Shown one piece after another: positions 56,017-64,000 of a stretch of DNA of 64,000 bases. The position numbers and the translations under genes were made by a program. The DNA comes from Flaccisagitta enflata (Eukaryota), in assembly GCA_965153355.1 (NCBI GenBank), contig OZ231126.1, positions 23,312,001 through 23,376,000 on the forward strand. The letters are read 5' to 3'. The notes under the pieces were generated by a model. It was not told where the DNA came from, ran no database searches, and saw nothing but the letters and a program-made list of their open reading frames with translations. Each line of letters starts with the position of its first letter. Positions within the stretch are counted from its first letter, which is position 1.

Positions 56017-58045
56017 CAGTAGATGTTGTCTAGACTTAGAAATACGGGGGAGCTCATAACCTGAGTATTAGTAAAGTGAGGGGGCTGATATTTTGCAGAT
56101 GTAATGTGTAAACCCTAAAGGATTGACAATGGGGTATGATATCCCCCTACGGCTTATCTTAGGAAAAAGACTTTTAGTATAAAACTATAGGAACAATCAT
56201 TTTTAGTCGCGTGCAAGCGACTCTACACCTTGCCGTGTCGGTCGGTAGGTCCGTCGGTAGGTCCGTCCGTCCGTCCGTCACATTTTTGAAATTATGACTT
56301 TTTAAGGTTATTTAGGGTCATTTAAGGTACTCTAGGGTATTTCAGGGTACTTTAGGGTACTTTGGGGTACTTAAGTTATTCTAGGTACTTAAGGTGCTTG
56401 GGTACTTTTGGGTACTTTAGGGTACTTTAGGGCACATAAGGGTACTTAATGGTTTTTAAGGTATTTAAAAAAATGAATGTAGATTAGGGTACTGAAGGTT
56501 ATTTTAGGGTACAGAAGGTTACTTTAGGGTACCTAAAGGTATTTTTTTGCATTTCAAAATATTTTAGGCGGCGGTGGAGCCGCTCGCCGAGTCGGCGGCT
56601 TAAGTATGTAAATATGTAAGTATGTAATTAGGTAAGTATGTAATTATGTAAGTATGTAATTATGTAAGTATGTAAGTATGTAAGTAAGTATGTAGTATGT
56701 AAGTATGTAGTAAGTAAGTATGTAGTATGTTAAGTATGTAGTATGAAGTTATGTAGTTGTGTGTAGTATGAAGTTGTGTACATTATTAACATTTTTAACA
56801 TTTTTAACATTTTTAACGTATGTAAGTATGTAAGTATGTAAGTACGTAAGTATGTGAGTATGTAGGTAAGTATGTAAGTAAGTATGTAAGTAAGTATGTA
56901 AGTAAGTATGTAAGTATGTAAGTAAGTATGTAAGTATGTATGTAAGTATGTAAATATGTAAGTATGTAAGTAAGTATGTAAGTATGTAAGTAAGTAAGCA
57001 TGTAAGTATGTAAGTATGTGAGTATGTAGGTAAGTATGTAAGTATATATGTAAGTATATATGTAAGTATGTAAGTATTTAAGTATGTAAGTATGTAAGTA
57101 TGTAAGTACTTAAGTATGTAAGCAGTGAGTATGTAGGTAAGTATGTAAGTATGTATGTATTTAAGTTAGTAAGTATGTATGTAAGTATGTAAGTACTGTT
57201 ATGTAAGTATGTGAGTATGTAGGTAAGTATATAAGCATGTAAGTAAGTATGTAAGTAAGTATGTAAGTAAGTATGTAAGTATGTATGTAAGTATGTAAGG
57301 ATGTATGTATGTAAATATGTAAGTAAGTATGTATGTATGTATGTATGTATGTATGTATGTATGTCTGACGTATGTATGTAAGCAAGTATATATGTAAGTA
57401 GTTAAGTAAGTATGTAAGTATGTAAGTAAGTATGTAAGTAAGTATGTATGTAAGTTTGCATGTAAGTAAGTATGTAAGTATGTAAGTATGTAGTATGTAT
57501 GTAAGTATGTAAGTAAATATGTAAGTATGTATGTATGTATGTAAGTATGTAAATATGTAAGTATGTAATTAGGTAAGTATGTATTTATGTAAGTATGTGA
57601 GTATGTAAGTATGTAAGTATGTAAGTAAGTATGTAGTATGTATGTATGTAGTAAGTAAGTATGTAGTATGTTAAGTATGTAGTATGAAGTTATGTAGTTG
57701 TGTGTAGTATGAAGTTGTGTAGTTTTATGTAACTTAGCACGCGACTGTTGGCCTGTTGGGCTTGTTTTTGCAGAATTTCAGCTTCATCTATTTGCTGGAA
57801 TAGTAAAACCAGCCGTGGATTTAAACCTTAAATTAAAAGATCAGTAACTGATAAATCTGATGTCAAGTGAGTTAACCACTAGACCAACTTCTGAAGCTGA
57901 TTTTATGACGAGAATTTGATTGAGTGTATTAAAGGGAGTTTTCCATCCACAGAGCTGCCATACCCCATCGTCAACCCTTCAGGTCATAAGCATTATACAT
58001 ACACAGTTTCAGCCCTGTATTTCTAAGTCTAGACAACATCTACTG
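56017..58045. mobile_element. Tc1/mariner-type MITE carrying a nested hairpin element and a TAAGTATG satellite
   Basis: TIR CAGTAGATGTTGTCTAGACTTAGAAATAC at both ends with TA; the same terminus also appears near 47030-47058. Confidence 0.85.
56600..57732 (+). repeat. (TAAGTATG)n satellite
   Basis: Directly visible. Confidence 0.95.
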
Positions 58046-58464
58046 TATGCCTTTCAGAAACGCAAAAAGCGGGCCTTTTGATACAAGAAAATAGTAGCTA
58101 CATTTAGTTTTTTTAGCACCAGTATGCCAGCTGTATGAAACGCCCCCAAAAATGTGTTTCAAAACTGCAGCATGCCATGAGTGTTGTAACACCAAAAAAA
58201 GATCGTTTTGTAACGGCCCTTAATGGCTGTGTCATAACGATATTTTTCATGGGTTAATGACAGATTTTCTGTGTCACTAACTTCAAAAATGGCCGTTTTG
58301 AGACAACCCCAAAGCACGTGACGGACTATCTCGCACTTGTACAAGTGCATTAGGAGTTAGGATTTTTTTTCTTTAGACCACCACAATAATGGAATCTTAT
58401 GAAAAGAAAATAGCCAGCACGTTTTAATACCACTCTCAGTATTAGTGTCCTCAAAAAAGGATTC

Positions 58465-58640
58465 CTGACACATTTTTCATGGGGATAAATCCAGCTACCG
58501 TCATCAGAGCAAGTTGCCAGAATTTCCTTCTTTGCGATAAATTTTTGGTGGCAAATCAATTTACATTGGTATCCGGTTAGAATCCCTTCCGATCCGCACT
58601 GACACCTCCAATAACCGTTCTTTCCTACAACTGTGGCAGC
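58465..58640 (-). CDS. Sushi protein exon (AATVVGKNGYWRCQCGSEGILTGYQCKLICHQKFIAKKEILATCSDDGSWIYPHEKCV)
   Basis: Acceptor attttctcag, phase 0; remainder of the third CCP domain. The 3' boundary is uncertain (see the GA donor finding). Confidence 0.8.
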
Positions 58641-60233
58641 CTGAGAAAATATGATTTTTTTAGCAAGTTAGTGCAGGAATTACGAATTATATTTCCTATT
58701 TAGCAAAGATTTGATGTACAGGTGCAGATGGACACTGTCCATTGGACAGGGGGAGTGTAGCAGAAAGAGTACTTGAGATTAATGTAGGGACAGTGATGGC
58801 AAAACTACCTAAAATGTAGTGGAATTTGTTTGGCCAGATGGACAGATGGACGAATGTGAGTAATAGAAATACTGTCAGGCCATGGAAATGGTTCATAGGT
58901 GAGAGGCAAGAGATCAGAGGTCTGATATAAGATTAAACCTCGGGGGTCGCTCAGGGTATTCCCAGATTGCTTGAGGTTGCAATCCCCAAGCAACCCCAAA
59001 TGAACGAAAGGCAACCCTAAGGCAATCCCGAGGCAACCCCAGGCAACGCTGAGAAATTCCCAGAGTACAAACATAACAGACAAACCTCAAGACAATATTC
59101 TAAGAAAAACAATGAATATAATATAATTATAACAAGGCCAGATACACGGCTACCCTAGTAGCGTGCGGGTGGGCAGGAGCAGTGCTAGAGAAGGTAACTA
59201 GGGCATCTGGGCAGGAGCCATATGCTCAGAAAGCTCAAAAAAGCCGAAAAAATTAATAGTCGCAAAAGCGTTAGATGATCAGCGGTACCTGTGCCCTGCT
59301 TAAGTAGGTTGTGGTAGAAGTTGAGTGGGGAGCAGGTCCCAAAGGGGTCGATGACCTGTACTTTCACACATATGGGGAATTTATTTCTCCTTCTCCTTCT
59401 TCTTCTCCTTCTCCTTCTCCTTCTCCTCCTCCGCACCCCCTCTCCCCCAAGCCTCAAGGCCCATATCTCAGCCTCGAGGCTCATATCCCAGCATCAAGGC
59501 CCAAATCCCAGTCTTGAGGCCCAAATCCCTTGAGGCTGGAATTAGGGCCTTAGGGTTGGGATTTGGGCCTCAAGACTGGGATCTGGGCCCCGAGGCTGGG
59601 ATATGGGCCTCGAGGTTGAGAAATGGGCCTCGAGGCTTGGGGGAGGGGGGGGGGGGTACAAAGGAGGAGAAGGAGGAGAAGAAGAAGGAGAAGGAGGAGA
59701 AAATTCCCCATATGTGTGAAAGCATAGGTCATCGACCCCTTTGGGGCTGCTGCCCAAAAGGGGACCAACCAACCGACCAACCCACCAACCCACCAACCGA
59801 CTGACTGACGGACCAACATAGCGGGGTGTAGAGTCGCGTAGCACGCGACTAACAACTGCAAAATCAAAAACAGTAACGTCAACTCCAAGCAACTCCGAGG
59901 TAACCCCGAGGTAATCCGGAGGCAGCCCCTTGAGTAGCCGAGTAGTCCGAGACAACCCGAGCAATCCTGAGAGTTGCGGGCCGAGATAACCCAAAGCAAC
60001 CCCGAGCAATCCCGAGACAACCCAGAGCAACCCCAAGCAATCTGGAGCAACCCCCGGGTTTTATCTTGAAGTTATATACTACGCGTTTCCCAGTGTCACA
60101 CAGGTTTGAAAGTATCAACTATTGTATTTTCCCTTGAGTAAACAAAGAATTTTACTGTACTTAATGTAATGATTTTCGTTTCCTTTTATCATTCTTCTAT
60201 CTTCTACTTATGATTTCATAAGAATGCAATCAC

Positions 60234-60319
60234 CGGTGGCATTTTGCAGGTTACGATTTCACAGTTTTCTTTCGGTTCGGACCATATCCGGTTGGCTTGA
60301 CACGTCCGAGATACACCGT
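60234..60319 (-). CDS. Sushi protein, remainder of the interrupted exon (SRTCQANRIWSEPKENCEIVTCKMPP)
   Basis: Removing the MITE plus one TA restores GGA GAC ATA TCT CGG ACG TGT (GDISRTC). Donor CCG|GTGATT, phase 0. Confidence 0.8.
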
Positions 60320-61075
60320 CTTTAAATCGAAATGGCAAATAGTAAACCTTTGTAGCTCCAAAACTACTAGCCTGAAAGCCTTCAAATTTTCAGTGAATGT
60401 TGGTAACAACTGACCATTTTGTCATGCCAAAACTCAGATTTCAATATTGAATAGTTTGGGGGTCATTAAAGCATTGAATAAGCCATCAATTTCATGGAAA
60501 AAATCAATTTCTCCTTGCTACCCTTAGAAGAATCTTTTTCTTCATTGATTTTTTCCTGGTTAAGCAAGCTTGGACCCTGGGGTTGGTCTTAAAAGAAGAG
60601 TAACAAATCATGAATATAAGTTCTGCTTAAAAATTTCATCATTTTATTGTATTTATGAAGATTTGAATGATTTTCAAATGATTGACATTCTGGATTTTAG
60701 CAATGATTGTCAAAAACCAATGATAACCTCAAAGTATTTCTAACTTTTTTCAACTTTTTTTGGTAAATGTGTAGTCTTTGAAAAATTTCCTATCATTTGA
60801 GACCAACCCCGGAGTTCTAGCTCAATTTCTTTGACATCTGTATATGGATAAAGACAAGTCTTCTCAAATAAAACAAGAAAAAAAGATTAAGCCTTGAAAA
60901 TTTGGCCTATTCCGTTTATTTTACTGACTCCAAACTATTCAGAATGAAAATCTTGGTTTTTGCATGATAAAATGGTCACTTGTTACCAACCTTCACTGAA
61001 AATTTGAAGGCCTCTGGGCTAGTGGTTTTGGAGCTACAAAGGTTTACTATTTGCCATTTCGATTTAGATACGGTG
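60314..61075. mobile_element. Tc1/mariner-type MITE with long TIRs, inserted in a coding exon
   Basis: TIR CACCGT...TAAATCGAAATGGCAAATAGTAAACCTTTGTAGCTCCAAAAC extends about 150 bp at both ends; TA at 60312-60313 and 61076-61077. Confidence 0.93.
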
Positions 61076-61250
61076 TATGTCTCCTGTTCTCCTATGAATT
61101 CCTCTCCAAGGAGGGCAAATCCACGAACAATTGGATTTGAATTTGTTATCTTGCGTACAAGAGGAATTGGCCGGTATCTCATTGGCAGGACAGGATACTG
61201 GTTTGCAGACTACGTCCGTTGAAGTCCATGTCCGATTCGATTGACAGAAG
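61072..61250 (-). CDS. Sushi protein exon (FCQSNRTWTSTDVVCKPVSCPANEIPANSSCTQDNKFKSNCSWICPPWRGIHRRTGDI), cut by a MITE
   Basis: Acceptor ttttactgcaacag, phase 2, matches the previous donor; C...W....C CCP pattern. The frame runs into the MITE at the TA (61076-61077). The 61072 end assumes the proposed MITE-internal donor. Confidence 0.8.
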
Positions 61251-61309
61251 CTGTTGCAGTAAAAACTAAAAAGTCATTGCGATTCTTGCACAGTGCACAA
61301 AACACTCTC

Positions 61310-61469
<160 letters not shown>

Positions 61470-61499
61470 GCTTCTGCGCCAATATGTACATATGTTTAC

Positions 61500-61704
61500 C
61501 TTTCAGAAATTGTTCCATTTGGCAAAAAATATCCATCGTCGCATTTGAATTTGCAAGTTGTGTTGATCAGGGAAGTTGTATTGATCAGGGAAGTAGTGTT
61601 GATCAGGGAAGTAGTGTTGATCAGGAAATGTTCGTTGGTGCAATTCCACTGTCCGTTAGAAACAGGAAACGCTTGTCCAATTTCTACGCATACATCCCAA
61701 TCAC
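61500..61704 (-). CDS. Sushi/CCP membrane protein, first recognisable exon (DWDVCVEIGQAFPVSNGQWNCTNEHF(LINTTS)3LINTTCKFKCDDGYFLPNGTISE)
   Basis: Minus-strand acceptor cttaag, donor AG|GTAAAC, phase 1 to 2; CCP motifs NG.W.C and C.F.C..GY. Confidence 0.85.
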
Positions 61705-62241
61705 CTTAAGTCACAATTAAGGAGAAAGATATCTCTGTGTTCAATATTTGTCTCTACTGTGTCAGAGACATAATGTTTTATGAGGCGTTTGAGGAAGTTT
61801 GAAGGCAGAATGAGACTACGCATGAAATTAATAGCTAAGAAAGAGCTAATTCTCTTCTTTCAGATGACGCCAAGCAGAATTTGTGTGACCGATAGTTTTG
61901 GAGCTATGATTTTTTAAATCTTTTTTTATTTTTTCACATTTTTCCCAAAATCAAGGAATCGAGTAAGCTGAAGTCATTAAACTTTGATATGTCCGAGGTG
62001 ATGATTGTGCATCCTGGCAGCCCAGTCACTCTCTCATTTAAACTCTGGACTCTAGGAGAGGCATTGTCCGTCAGTCTATCCATTGGTCTGTTGGTCCGTC
62101 TGTCCGTCCAAGTGGAAAAGTGGAAAAACAAGCAGTCTTGATGCTTGTGTGTGGGGGTTGGGGTTGGGGTGTGGATGGGGGTTGGATGCCTCTGTCCACC
62201 TATCCGCAACAATATTGTAACCCCGGGTTACATGAGAGAAG

Positions 62242-62284
<43 letters not shown>

Positions 62285-62349
62285 AGAGAGAAAATGAGAA
62301 TGGGAGAGAGAAAGAGAGAGAAGAAAAAGAGAAAAAGAGACAGGCAAAC

Positions 62350-63878
62350 AAACAAGGCCAACACCTATAAGTCGCGTGCGAGACTTACTTAATTACGTTA
62401 TCGCCTAATTGTATAAGTACGTTATTTCCTGTAATCACGATAATGACTACAACTACCTATTGACCTATAATTGCCTATAATGACCTATAATTACCTATAA
62501 TTACCTATAATTACCCATAATTAAATACTGACCTATAAGTACCTATAAAGACCTATGATTACCTATAATTACATATGGACCAATAATTACCTATAATGAC
62601 CTATTATTACTCATAATTACCCATAATTACCCATAATAACATAATAACCTATAATTACCTATAATGACCTATGATTACCTATGATTACCTATAATTGCAT
62701 AATGACCTATAATTACCTATAGTGACCTATGATTACCTTTAATGACCTTTGATTACCTATAATAATCCATAATTTCATAATGACCTATAATTACCTATAA
62801 TTACCTTTAATGACCTATAATAACCTTTAATTACATAATGACCTATAATACTTATAATGATCTATAATAACCTTTAATTACCTATAATTATCTATAATTA
62901 CATAATGACCTATAATTACCAATAATGACCTTTAATTGCATAATGACCTATAATGACCTATAGTTACGTATGATGACCTATGATTACCTATAATAACATA
63001 ATGACCTATGATTACTTATAATTACCTACAATGACCTATAATTACCTATAATTTCCTATATTTACCTATGATTATATACTGACCTATAATTACCCATAAT
63101 GACCTACAATTGCATGATAACCTATAATTACCCTTAATGACCTATAATTACCTATGATTACATAATGACCTATAATAACCTATAATGACCTATGATTACC
63201 TATAATGACCTATGATTACCTATAATTGCATAATGTCATATAATGACCTATGATTACCTATAATTACCCAAAATTGCATAATGACCTATAATTACCTATA
63301 ATTATGTAAATAAAAAGTGCAATGACTATACTATGCGAATTAAAAAAATGACTGAAATGATATAAAATGACATAAATTGACTTAAATTGACTTATACTGA
63401 CTTATACTGACTTAAATTGACTTAAAATGACTTGAATTTACCTGAAATGACTTGAATTTACCTAAAATGAGTTAAATTGACTTAAAATGACCTAAATTGA
63501 CTTAAATAAACTAAAATTCAAAAATGACTTAAAATGAATTAAATTGACTTATACTGCCTTAAATTGACTTATACTGAGTTGAACTGACCTGTATTGACTT
63601 GAATTTATTAAAATGACTTAAAATGACCTAGATTGTCTAAATTGACTAAAATTCAATGATGACACAAATGACTTAATTTGACTTAAAGTGACTTAAAATG
63701 ATTTAAAATGACTTAAAATGATCTAATTTGACTCAAAATCACATAATTGACTTAAAATGACTTGATAGGAATAAAACGAATAAAAAAAGTAAAATGGGGA
63801 CCGACCAACCGACCGACCAACCGACCAACCGACGGACGGACAAAGCGGGGTATAGAGTCGCGTGCACGCGACTAAAAA
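62350..63878 (-). mobile_element. AGTCGCGTGCACGCGACT-hairpin family element (Helentron/DINE-1-like) with satellite cargo. Other copies near 9928-10192, 18050-18222, 34098-34303, 38253-39035, 48983-50618 and 56199-57768
   Basis: One end has TTTT plus a hairpin and a (CCGT/GGTC)n microsatellite; the other ends GGCCTTGTT. Confidence 0.6.
62440..63765 (+). repeat. 10-bp satellites (AATTACCTAT/AATGACCTAT, then AAATGACTTA)
   Basis: Directly visible. Confidence 0.92.
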
Positions 63879-64000
63879 CAAATAGAGAAAGACATGTAGA
63901 GAGTGGAACGAGCCAAAAGATGCCCGGTGAATAAACAAGGTCGGATACACGGCTACCAAAGTCGTATGGGGGTGGGCAGGGGCCATATATGCATATTTGA

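Overview
Eukaryotic, repeat-saturated genomic DNA, most likely arthropod (crustacean-like; the species cannot be determined). There are no prokaryotic features, and almost all long ORFs in the track are microsatellite artefacts. Three genic units can be assembled by hand. (1) Plus strand: an 8-coding-exon single-PDZ NHERF/EBP50 (Drosophila Sip1-like) scaffold gene at 13098-34009 (444 aa), with a GC-AG first coding intron and a PPxY cassette exon preceded by three decayed copies of its own splice acceptor. (2) Minus strand: a type-I membrane protein with five 6-Cys (selectin-type) sushi/CCP domains at 53062-61704; its 5' end was not found. One exon is split by a TA-flanked MITE whose ends could splice out in frame like an introner, and one junction only fits if a GA donor is used. 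(3) Minus strand: a mucin-like membrane ORF at 44531-45993 that looks chimeric, with a stalk made of (ACA)n microsatellite, a transmembrane segment duplicated from the sushi gene, and a cytoplasmic tail read from the end of a repeat element. The rest is non-autonomous DNA transposons (Tc1/mariner-type TA MITEs, hAT elements with 8-bp TSDs, Harbinger-type MITEs), two Helentron/DINE-1-like families with covarying terminal hairpins that carry satellite cargo, and microsatellites. All gene models are manual and need RNA-seq confirmation.
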